Part shown: positions 26,401 to 35,513 of the stretch, piece by piece
Layout of the letters: each line of letters opens with the position of its first letter
Numbering within the stretch: the stretch's first letter is position 1
Translations under genes and position numbers: made by a program
The notes under the pieces: model-generated
Database searches by the model: none
The model's input: only the letters and a program-made list of their open reading frames with translations
What the model was told of the DNA's origin: nothing
NCBI GenBank assembly: GCA_052426225.1
Contig: JBNJNM010000014.1
Coordinates: 186,001-250,000 of the forward strand
Direction of reading: 5' to 3'
Origin: Zancudomyces culisetae HAW-14-8
Taxonomy: Eukaryota; Fungi; Kickxellomycota
Length of the DNA: 64,000 nucleotides

Positions 26401-27256
26401 TGTCAGACAACCTTAGACTTTCTAGTTGATTTTTGAGATTTTTATCCTTTTTCTCGATATGTGAGGTATCAATAGGTATGTTGTACAGCTTTAGAACTTG
26501 CTTGATTTCATCTAATCCTTCGGCTTCAGAATTCACGGAATTGCTGTAATAGTAAAACAGCACACTGAAACCACTACCTTTGCTAAAACATCGTTTGAAA
26601 GTTTTCACATTGTCAGAGAAATGCCAAGTCAAGGATTTTTTGTGATTCGGTTCAAAATGAGCATAGAACAGAGGAACTACCAAGTAATCTTTCGTCTGGA
26701 TAGCTATACTTTGAAAATAATCATCCTCTGTGTTGTACCAATCATATTCTATCACAAATTTGTACCCCTCAAGCAAATTTGTGTTCTCAAATAGAATTTT
26801 GTTGCCATTTTTATCGTATACTAAATAAAATGAGGTAAGTTTTTCAACAGTTTTATTCCATTTCTGTGATGTTGCAAAATCTAACAACCTTGAGTACGGG
26901 ATTCTGTTAAAATGTGACAGTAAGCCTATAGATATTAACTCGTGCTTCGCAATTGATGGATATCTTTTGAGAAAAATTAGATAATTTTTATACATATCTA
27001 GGTCTTTGGAATATCGATCTTGTACATAGGATTCATAATAATCATATCTATAGTAGTTATTACATATTTTTTCATGGTCTTTTTTGTATTTCTTAAAAGT
27101 CTCCTGAATTAAGAGCCCTAACAAATTTGAATTATCCACAGCATTATAAAAATTCCTGGTAAGTGTTGATAAACAAGGATCGCCAGAGTATGAAAGTATT
27201 CGGAACGCAATTTCTTCAGTGAGTTGGTTAAAGGTTATTTTCGTTTGTTTACTCAT
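23489..27256 (-). CDS. F-box-like N-terminus plus long ankyrin-repeat protein (1255 aa, intronless)
   Basis: N-terminal FNQLTEEIAFRILSY resembles the F-box L..LP.EI...I..Y. Many ankyrin repeats follow (IACKNNSLEIVNFLLEKG, EAASHGNVEIIELLLEHGA). Confidence 0.85.
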   Translation of the reverse strand: MSKQTKITFNQLTEEIAFRILSYSGDPCLSTLTRNFYNAVDNSNLLGLLIQETFKKYKKDHEKICNNYYRYDYYESYVQDRYSKDLDMYKNYLIFLKRYPSIAKHELISIGLLSHFNRIPYSRLLDFATSQKWNKTVEKLTSFYLVYDKNGNKILFENTNLLEGYKFVIEYDWYNTEDDYFQSIAIQTKDYLVVPLFYAHFEPNHKKSLTWHFSDNVKTFKRCFSKGSGFSVLFYYYSNSVNSEAEGLDEIKQVLKLYNIPIDTSHIEKKDKNLKNQLESLRLSDNLIMGYYLVHKIYNSISLNRLDIMLYMIDIEYKFDFEYIVTELGTNDFMKMKLQKFNVLTKEVDLGLNQVYLFSIYISIIENRPGLTRALISHKLFETNKELVFDVVAITHDIDLLTNVYLKLEYSKDKISTLLSRIYLSDDIVLLIKLLNAGVNVIEPKNYALRIACSNLELKLVERLFEMSATLEGNENCCLTEVVRDKGYQILNRLFPGKQITISPDDKADISNFKQILTFLCDHCEFFTFEKNCIGYKTIVDLLSNGEINDMLEKIDIELKLLFYNKEYKEHYSYLVILRELLVSIINNTPAIAQAETDQKVRILAIINKVNQSNNVNDEYYQQIIEEIDVLRQNILKILINHGLGAKHDGTSVVLRHVPKTICNLQPFIENGGNFEKHCDKMITIACEFNDIAHLKYLSFARVGFKDVSDCIKIACKNNNLEIAKLLLSKSDSFNANECGFVHAVEHKNCELVALLLDNGIGVSYNSTELADMACELNSINLISTLLRLGFDIKQDLFNGLKIACKNNSLEIVNFLLEKGVNINYETFRGFQYASNAGNTELVQTLIRRDIWPSSVKPDFNGLLDTVNNNNTELFKLLSTNDANHSCIDNEAIKKVVSNQNIEMLRIINTKTYDKLRYASTDYSELFRTKNRELIIALLDYRVKPINCCKSGFYEACVANDTYIAKLILSVDSKLCVHTESYYKAIAKNDNREIMNGILNRNDYYYHDDRRGIILRNICEVNNMCMLKWLLSKELNLRTYKQNGIKEACQNNNLEMVRLLIKHGAKLDNEEYTGIPEAASHGNVEIIELLLEHGAKVENTTYNGLRESLENKKFGSFEILINNGAWIPELVPYTHILKKTSTVLSPVFGDAGLTRNITKFVFDRAIKTITFDKTNNSDEGSTMILVESFILLETFQENRKDIAELLLKCDCSLDGVLNQCIMAAIAHKNKSLLQLIFDYNDSLDETIRNELFALL

Positions 27257-28172
27257 TGTAACTATAAAAAAACTTGTGAGATTTTTGAGATATTGTAGTT
27301 GAGATGAACACGAGGTTTAAATATATACAATATAAATAACTTATTGTTAAGTTTAAAAAGTATATAAGGTTGGTTTTTAAATTGGGAGGGAAACTATGGG
27401 ATTATATATCAAAACATATCGGTATGTCAAAAGTATAAGGAAAGCTATAGGAATATTGGTTAAATGTACTTCCATATCTAAGTGTAAGAGTATATTACGA
27501 ACACGAAGTTGGGGTGGATAAAAGTTGAAATTGGTTTATAGAAGGTACATTTTCTTTCCAAAACTTTCTTTTTTCTAGAAAGAATGAGCTTGCCCAATGA
27601 AAAAATAATTGCGCTGTATTTTGCAAGCTGATATAAAAAAACCCAAAATGGTATCTGCAAAGAGTAGAGTGTGTATCTTTTGCATATTATGTACAAACTG
27701 CATAAGCTACTGAATCAGCTTTGGTCTATTATTTGTGGAAAATTAATCAATTTTGATATTTTAGTGTGATGACAGGGGTAGCGGAGTCTAAGAATACGCT
27801 GATGGATGATACACGTTTCAGTTGACTATCCACAGTAATAGAATTCTTGGGGAATAGTATTGCAAAACATTCAACTAGTATCTACATACTGTGCTATTGT
27901 TAAATTTTAGGGTTGTACTCTGTTTTTCTTATTGTTTGATACCAACAACAGCCATGTCGCATCAATTTCACTACAAATCAAAACTGGAAGCACATCTTTG
28001 TTGGATTGACGCTTTTCTATATTATTAACAGCATGCAGTATTCAAACTAGCCTTACAATAATGAACTCTATACAATACAAAATAAATACCATGCTCTTAA
28101 ATGCAGGCTTGTTTACTAACATCCTCAAAAATGCAAAGATTGAAACACAAAATGGGTAAAAATAAAAAATCA

Positions 28173-29849
28173 TCACAAAAGATGACACGCCAATTTGGCT
28201 AACTGAACCTCTAACCCCTTGTAATCAGGATCGCCAGAGGTGGAGAATTGAGTCAATAGCTCAGAGATTGATGACAAAGTACGAGGGACATCCTCGATAA
28301 TACAGCGAGGTGCAAACGTTGGTGTAGAGGGATGTGCATGGTTGCAGGAAGACAGAAACTCTGTTAGTTCTGAATCAGTTGAACATACTTGCGAGTGTGA
28401 CGAGTGGTTTGAGGATGGTGACTGAAATGGTTGCTGAGTGTGTTCAGGAGATACCAGTGCTGATAGATCGGAAACACCAAACTCGGGAAAATCGACTTTT
28501 TTCCGTGGAGTGGATCGTGAAGTTGGTGATGATGTGGGGTTGAGGCAGTCCAAAGCAGCAGAAACAAATTCAAACGCACCCTTTGATAGTTCGTTTGACT
28601 TCTTTGAAAAAAAGGTATCCAGAATGGGCGGGAGAGCATCACCAGAGTTGCCTAGAAAATATCTAAGCGAAATAAGGTATTGAAGCCCCAAATCATCACC
28701 AACAATTGATAGTAGGGGATTTGAAAGTGTAGAGCTGTGTTTAGGACCCAGATCAATATGAGGTGTGGTTGTATTATTTCGGTTAGAATCGTGTTTGCTA
28801 TTATAGAACTTTGAGAGTGGATCCACAAAAAAGTTGTTGTACATATAGTGGTTTGGGTGTTTGGAGGGAAAATCTATAGATGAAGGATCCAAAGATCCAT
28901 CTGGTAGCACTGTGGGTTTGGTACTTGGCCCATCTGCCACTTTCTTGCTTGAAATTGATGCTTTTTGTTTACTATGCTCTGTAAATGAATAATCTTTATA
29001 AATCTTGTTGACATGAGGCGTATCAGCAACCAGGGCTTCATTCTTCAGCACATCAATAGGCTCAGTCGTGTGATCATTGTCCAACACCCATAGTTTTTGC
29101 TTTTCTACTTCCTTTTTTATCAGTTTGCGCCCAAACTCCAGCATTCTTTGTATGTGTTCGTAATATTTACGATTAGGGTGGCTCTGTCTTTTTGAGTTTT
29201 TACACATTAACACAAAATCTGCCTTAAACTGCTCGATCTGCTTGTATTTCCCCCTCTCAACCCTTTTTTTCATTATTTCTAAACTGATAGGGTTTTTGCT
29301 GATCTTTGGGTGGTGTTGAGTTTGTTTAGAGCTCATAGGCGTTTGAAACATCGTGTATTCATCCTTTTTATTGAGCTTTCGCAGAATCTTCAGCATTGCT
29401 TTATTAGTATCCCGCGATTTCTCTACACACTCTTCTCGGTTCTTCGGAGCTTCGTATGTTAGTTTCAGTCTCTTACCACGTGGAGCATATCCATTTTGGT
29501 TTACATCCATACGTTTCCTTGTGGCAGGAATAGAGTTTGTGAGTTTATTGTAGCTTTCCCTGATATTTTTGCTCAAGGAAAACTCAGGATATAGCCTCTT
29601 CACTGCTGATAGGTTTATTTTTATTTTTATCCCACTACTCTTTTCAGTTACTGCCATACTGGTTTGATCAAGAGAACTGGGCTCGATTGAGTTTCCTAGA
29701 TTTTCTTGATCTCTTTTTTCAAAGCCCTGTTTACTTCTGAACTTGATTGTTATCCTTTTGACCTTTACTGGCTTCTTGGTTGTCCGTACCTCGTTATCGG
29801 CTATCCTGGATGGCGTGTTGTTGAGTATCAGATGGCATCCTACTCACAT
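28173..29849 (-). CDS. Bromodomain protein, BRD7/BRD9-like with a degenerate pocket
   Basis: LNKKDEYTMF..P.....ISKNPISLEIMKKRVERGKYKQIEQFKADFVLMCKN resembles the BRD7/9 bromodomain. The frame stays open upstream of 29657 to 29805; the start at 29849 is tentative and needs a 42-nt intron. Confidence 0.75.
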
Positions 29850-31049
29850 AGTATTACAAAACATTAACAGATCCACAAAGTAGCCTGAACCGAAAATAGA
29901 TTATTAGAGTTGATTTCAATATAGCTTGAAAGGAATTAACAAAAACACAAAAAATGGGTGTATAACCCATTTTTCAACGTATCTAGTATATCTGTGTTTC
30001 ATGGAATATTAGTCCAAGTATATGAAAAGCCATACATGGGCCACACAAGAAGTATGTGATAAAAGTGAGTTATTGGCTGCTCACAGTTTGTTAGACATAA
30101 TAAAAAGAAAAAAGGAAATATCTTTTTTGTTCATTTAGTCTCATGATCATAAAAGTCCTTAGCCATCATATAACAAAACATAAAGTAAAACAGTAAGAAA
30201 TGGATTAATACCAGGCAGCCATACTACCAACCTGGGGTTATGAATTAGCCAATTGAAAAATCCAGCTATTCGATTCCCACAGGTTGGTACCCATCCCACT
30301 CACGAATTCAATTAAATCTGCCTTACAAAGCAATAAACCGCAACAGCAGTCTTTAATAAAGAAAAAAAAAGATTTCTGGTTTTACCTTTCGACTCTTCCA
30401 CCTCGCCCTTTTCTCCTTTGTCCATATTTTATTTCCTTTTTGCTCGTTTTTTTTTGCGTTGAAGAACCAGTATGAAGTTTTTGGTTTTTTTAACCACTAA
30501 AATCAATCTTTAACAATTGAGCGTTTTTTCTCCTAAAAAATTTTTTTTAGTGAAATTTTGTCAGAATCAACTCGCTAATAAAAATATCAATGGTATATAA
30601 TATAAGGTGAAATAATAGTGAAAAAGTAGAAATGGCCATATACTCATTTGAATGAACATATATGTGGATGTAAATGATGAGTATACCTATTTTCAGATAG
30701 TTGGCAAGACTGAAAACACATGACCACCTTCCATCTTGAAATGTTGGTATTCATTATATATATCCTGTATTTGAATGAAGAAGCTAGATGGATTTTCATA
30801 CATCTAATGTCCCTAGCAATCTGGTATTAATAAAGTTGATCTACATCAAAATACCCTTCCAATCTATGTAAATACAATCAACTCAAAATATTGATCTGAA
30901 GCAGGTTTAAAACAAAGTATTGTTAAACAAGCAATTCAAAGGCACCATACGCTTATCAATCATAACCAAAACAGGTGCCAAAACACTCAAGGAAAGAAAA
31001 GACAAGCTCATCCATTTAAAAAAGATGAGAAAAAAAACCAGAAAAAAGG

Positions 31050-31057
31050 AAAAAAAA
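31050..31057 (-). terminator. Pol III oligo-T terminator after tRNA-Glu
   Basis: T8 run on the minus strand 3 nt after the tRNA-Glu discriminator base. Confidence 0.75.
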
Positions 31058-31060
31058 GAT

Positions 31061-31132
31061 CTCCGATACGGGGAATCGAACCCCGGCCGTCTCGGTGAAA
31101 GCGAGAAATCCTAGCCACTGGACCATATCGGA
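31061..31132 (-). tRNA. tRNA-Glu(TTC)
   Basis: TCCGATA...TATCGGAG acceptor stem; anticodon arm TCTCG-CT-TTC-AC-CGAGA; GGTTCGATTCCC T-arm; 72 nt, no intron. Confidence 0.97.
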
Positions 31133-31141
31133 ATATCAGAA

Positions 31142-31213
31142 CTCTCGGACCGGGAATTGAACCCGGGTCTCCAATGTGACAGACTGGGATACTGACCACT
31201 ATACTATCCGAGA
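31142..31213 (-). tRNA. tRNA-Asp(GTC)
   Basis: TCTCGGA...TCCGAGAG acceptor stem; anticodon arm CCAGT-CT-GTC-AC-ATTGG; GGTTCAATTCCC T-arm; 72 nt. Confidence 0.97.
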
Positions 31214-32365
31214 ATTTTTTTGTTAAGCGTTTTGTATGTATCTGTTTGTAATGTATATATTGAGCAGTTTAGTTTTGTTTTTGATTTGGTTTTTCTTGAT
31301 TTTGGGTTAGTTGTTGTGGATTTAGAAGCGTTCAGGTTTAACTCTGTATGTTGGCTTTAATTATTATACTGATAATACCTAAAATACTTTTATTTTCATT
31401 AGTTGGGGATGGTTCAGAATTGATGATTTAATTGTGGGTTTTTGCTTTATTTAGAGTAGATTGAAAATTGCAAATAAAATTATAAATATCTAGTCTTACT
31501 GGCTTTAACTCATTGAATGTGCAACTTTAATTGACATTTTGAACTTTTTGAACCTTAATTGATATTTTTATTTTTATGCAGAAATTGTCTGTTATCTAAC
31601 TCTACAGATACTAATTGAAATATTTCATTTCAATATCTTTACTCGTTATGTTTGTATGATAGAGTGTTTGTAATTCCAAGTGTTTTATTTAATTAACATG
31701 TTTATTATCGCTTGATATTTTTTTAATAGTAGTTAATCTGTTTAACACTTTTGCATATTATTGTTTAGTTTAACTTTATCCATTCATTTTTATGGATAAA
31801 GTAAAATTGATTAATGCTAGCCACACCAATAACTTAATACCAATATTATCATTTCCTACGATTCTTTATAGGGCGGATATTACGTCTGATATATTGTTTT
31901 CTTTTTTTTAAATGTCATAAACCACTATTAAACAATTAAATTAACATTTAAAATAATATCATACATTATTTAGATGAATCAGACTATGAATATTAAACTT
32001 AGTCAACACTGAAACAACACAACTGCAATGTTTACTTAAAATAGGTCATTACTTTTAACTACATTTTATTTATGTAGTATTTTAGCCTTTAGTATTAAAT
32101 TTTTATTTTACAAACAAAACGTATAAATATCTGTCTTTATTCCTTTCTGAAATACTTATCTGACAACAAGTGTCAAAAATAAATATAACTTTAGTAGTAC
32201 TTAATAATCTCAGAAATTTCAACAAATAAACAAGTTCATGACAATGTTATCAAATTCCTTTAATAACATAGTATTAGCAACAATATAAGAGTTGGTACTA
32301 TAAAAAACTACAAGTCTGCTATCATCGATATTAATGCTGAATGGCGAACATATAGCAGCGATATT

Positions 32366-33070
32366 TTGATGATTAATTATTTAAAACAGCTCGATTCAAC
32401 TTCAGTTCGATCTTTTAACAACCCTAACTACGATATTAATCCGATTATCGAACATATTAAAAAATTTGGTTCAAACTTTAAAATGAGCAAGCAAAATTTA
32501 ACAATTAAATTTTGTTGGTTACTAGCAATTTGTGGATATTTGAGACCTTCTGACATTGAACGAATTGACAATTCAAAGACGGAAATCAATAAAGATTATC
32601 TTAAATTTGTTATTGTTGGACCAAAAGAAAAGCGAAGTGGAAATCCGTTTGAAAAGATCAGTATAATCCACGCACATAGCGACTATAAATTATGTCCTGT
32701 AGTAACATACAGAGCATATAAAAAACGCATTGCAACTTTTCCGAGTGTTGCAAACCATCCGATCCTCGATGGAGTACAATTGCACTACCTTATCCGCAAC
32801 TTAAAGTATAACGACAAACACATTGGGGCACAACGAATCAGTAAACATATTAATTCATTGATGTCACTCTTGCAGTTGCCAGAAAGCGCAAAGTTACCAA
32901 AAGCTCGAGCATTAGGATCTACTAGAGCTACAAAGCTAGGTGCGACATACGACGATGTTATTGCACAAGGATTTTGGGCAAGTAAAGGTATATTTGATAC
33001 TTATTATCAATTATCACGTAGAACTCGTGAAAATTTAACTCAATTTATCTTGAACTCTGAAGCTACATAA
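32366..33070 (+). CDS. DIRS tyrosine recombinase catalytic domain (5'-truncated)
   Basis: LRPSD (catalytic R), PKEK, LCPV, KARALG, GFWAS, FDTYY (catalytic Y). Confidence 0.85.
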   Translation: MMINYLKQLDSTSVRSFNNPNYDINPIIEHIKKFGSNFKMSKQNLTIKFCWLLAICGYLRPSDIERIDNSKTEINKDYLKFVIVGPKEKRSGNPFEKISIIHAHSDYKLCPVVTYRAYKKRIATFPSVANHPILDGVQLHYLIRNLKYNDKHIGAQRISKHINSLMSLLQLPESAKLPKARALGSTRATKLGATYDDVIAQGFWASKGIFDTYYQLSRRTRENLTQFILNSEAT

Positions 33071-33161
33071 TTGTATCTGGATAAGTGAAGCATAATAATA
33101 TGTTTAGTTGAATGAAATGAAAACTTATTATTATTATGCGAACATCCAGATACAATTATGT
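33065..33161 (+). repeat. DIRS internal complementary region (ICR)
   Basis: First part ACATAATTGTATCTGGATAAGTGAAGCATAAT matches the left terminus at ~42884-42914. Second part AATATGTTTAGTTGAATG...CCAGATACAATTATGT is the reverse complement of 33452-33517. Confidence 0.9.
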
Positions 33162-33193
33162 CCCACCCAATTCCCACCCATACCTAGCTCAAC

Positions 33194-33517
33194 GATGGTA
33201 AAGATTCATCAGGAAACAGGGGACATCAGTTTATATATGGTTTAAATTTATTTTATTTAGTTAGTTTTACTTATTTTATAAAAATTATACAGTGATGTCT
33301 GTCATTACACACATCATTACGTATAAAGTTTCTAAATTGAAACACTCTTTTTATCGATTTAATTATTTACCAAATTTTAAGGTAATGGATTAATCGATAA
33401 AAATAGTATCTAGGAAAGAATTTTCGATTTATAATAAAGATTGGTACACACACATAATTGTATCTGGATGTTCGCATAATAATAATAAGTTTTCATTTCA
33501 TTCAACTAAACATATTA
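33194..33517 (+). repeat. DIRS right terminal repeat plus right extension
   Basis: 33194-33469 is near-identical to 42625-42900; the extension ends ...TTCAACTAAACATATTA. Confidence 0.9.
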
Positions 33518-33990
33518 AATTCTAACCTACTTCATAGTACATGTTATTCGTGACCAATTGTTTAAAGGATAATCCTCAAAGCGTACCATATTAGTATATC
33601 ATAAATTAGCAATAAATGTATAGACATAGAGAATGTAGCTATATTATATTTGTATAGTCACATACACACATTAGAGATATGCACCATGGAAACTACTACT
33701 ATTTTAAACTAGTAATATCTCAAAATTAGCCAAAAGTTGTATGACTGTTTTAAAATGCAGTGGATTGTACTTTTTTTTTTACAAAACTAGCAAAATAACC
33801 TATACATTTACTTTTGTAGCACTTTTTCCAACACGTTATACTTGATTTATACTCTAGGCTTATTCAAAACAAATATGTATATAATCCCAGCTGGTTTGAA
33901 GATGTATTATGAATTAAAAAATAAATAACGATTGAAAGATATACCTGTTTACCAATAAAAAAAATCAAAAAAATCAAAAAAATCAAAAAA

Positions 33991-34387
33991 ATTATAGCTG
34001 GAACTACTGCTTTGAGACTAACCTTGGCAAATAGCATGGGAGACTCGATTTATGCCATCATAACAGAAACTCAATCAGACAAAACAGACTTTATTCTAGC
34101 CGAAATCACAGCACTTGGATGAAAATCGAAGTGTTCCGAGAGCAGTATTTCCGCAATCCAGCTGATACCATAAACATAAGGCCTAACAGGTGTGTTTCTT
34201 TACCAAGTATCCAATCACTTCAGTTTGATAGCGGATATCCAGTACGCGGATGGCTGCACTGTGTAGCAGCAGTGATTATAGCGGATAGTGTGTAACTGAA
34301 CGTAGAAAAACCTGGCTTTACCCACAAAGCAATGATGCTGACAAGGTTGAAGGACCCGCCAGCTTTATGACCTTGTTCTTAGCATAA
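33991..34387 (+). pseudogene. Pseudogene of the small secreted Cys-protein family (member 2)
   Basis: From 34119: MKIEVFREQYFRNPADTINIRPNRCVSLPSIQSLQFDSGYPVRG, then a frameshift into AALCSSSDYSG*CVTERRKTWLYPQSNDADKVEGPASFMTLFLA*. This aligns with the 46352 ORF. A signal-peptide-like remnant IIAGTTALRLTLANS lies upstream in another frame; TAG at 34286. Confidence 0.7.
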
Positions 34388-35513
34388 TTCGAATCCTGGT
34401 TCAATTATTTTTAATGCGTGGATGTTTAAGTAGAGATAGAAAATCTTTTAGATACTAGAGTCGGAAATTGCCAAATAAACGTGTTTAGTGAAGTATGTCA
34501 GAATTAAATGATAATGTTTGGAGCAGATTTGAAAAGTGGTTTTGCTAGGAATAACTATTAAATCGGTACAACCTAGATATTATTGTAGCATCCAGTAGAT
34601 TTTACAGTTTGAAAGAACGTATATTCAAAAAATGCTATGGGTTCCGTGTGACATCTTTTATCATTCTATATAATTTAATTTACATTAATATTTTTATTTA
34701 TACATTCTAACTTCAAATATAACGATTTTCAGAGCTAATTAATGGTGTAAATATGTGTCACACAGTTGTCGTTAATAAGTAAATAGCCTAATATGAAAAT
34801 TTAAAGTACGAAAATTCTCTCAACATGCGAGAATTATTTGTCTTTTAAACCGAATGGATAAACTCATTTCCATGTGTCAATAACAGATTTTGATATACCT
34901 AGCTGTTATAAACTCATCCCCTAAATGATAAATCACTTTGAGATTTGGTCTCCTCGGATTTATTCTGTATCTTGGTATTCTTCAATAATTTTTATCATTA
35001 TACCAATTCTGATGGTCATTGTTGGAATTATCTCTAAACGGATTAGTTATTTAAATCAAGAGGTTTGACCGAATAATATCATTTGAGGTGTAATCTATAA
35101 TCACGAATATTTGTAATATTATAATTAGCATATATAAAATATTATAATAATTGGTCAAGAAACATATGATATTAATAAATGCTTTGATAAAATTTTAATA
35201 CCGAATTGGATAATTATAACTAATAAGCTTATTGAAAAAAATATATAAGAAAATTCGGTATTTACATATGTTTTTGATTTTTAAAATAATTTACATAATC
35301 AGTTTTTTCAAAGTCCATAGCAAAAGAATATTTCAACTTAGTAATATGTAGTTTGATTAATAGACGAGAGGTTTGTTTATGAATACATTGTGAAATTCTA
35401 ATTCACAAATCTTGGATATATTCATAGATATATATAGCTGGTTGGGTATGACTATTATTTTTATCTAACTCAGTTTCCACTAGGCCACTGATAATTTTAA
35501 TTGTATTACTATA

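Larger units (their letters stand above)
23356..30388 (+). repeat. Segmental duplication, copy 1 (direct repeat of 56918-64000)
   Basis: Both copies begin GCTGAAACCACGTATG; long tracts are identical up to the window end. Confidence 0.95.
32240..33517 (+). mobile_element. DIRS1-type retrotransposon, 3' half (YR domain, ICR, right ITR with extension)
   Basis: Tyrosine recombinase ORF followed by an internal complementary region and a terminal repeat matching 42625-42900. Confidence 0.9.

Noticed and set aside
30920-31199. Short ORFs near 31 kb
   Set aside because: They overlap the two tRNA genes.
33065-33517. Repeat cluster read as an LTR, CRISPR array or DNA-transposon TIR
   Set aside because: Fully explained by DIRS ICR/ITR geometry; there is no repeat-spacer periodicity and the DNA is eukaryotic.
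33955-33990. (AAAATCAAA)n short repeat
   Set aside because: Ordinary slippage repeat; it may have erased the pseudogene's start but is not notable by itself.
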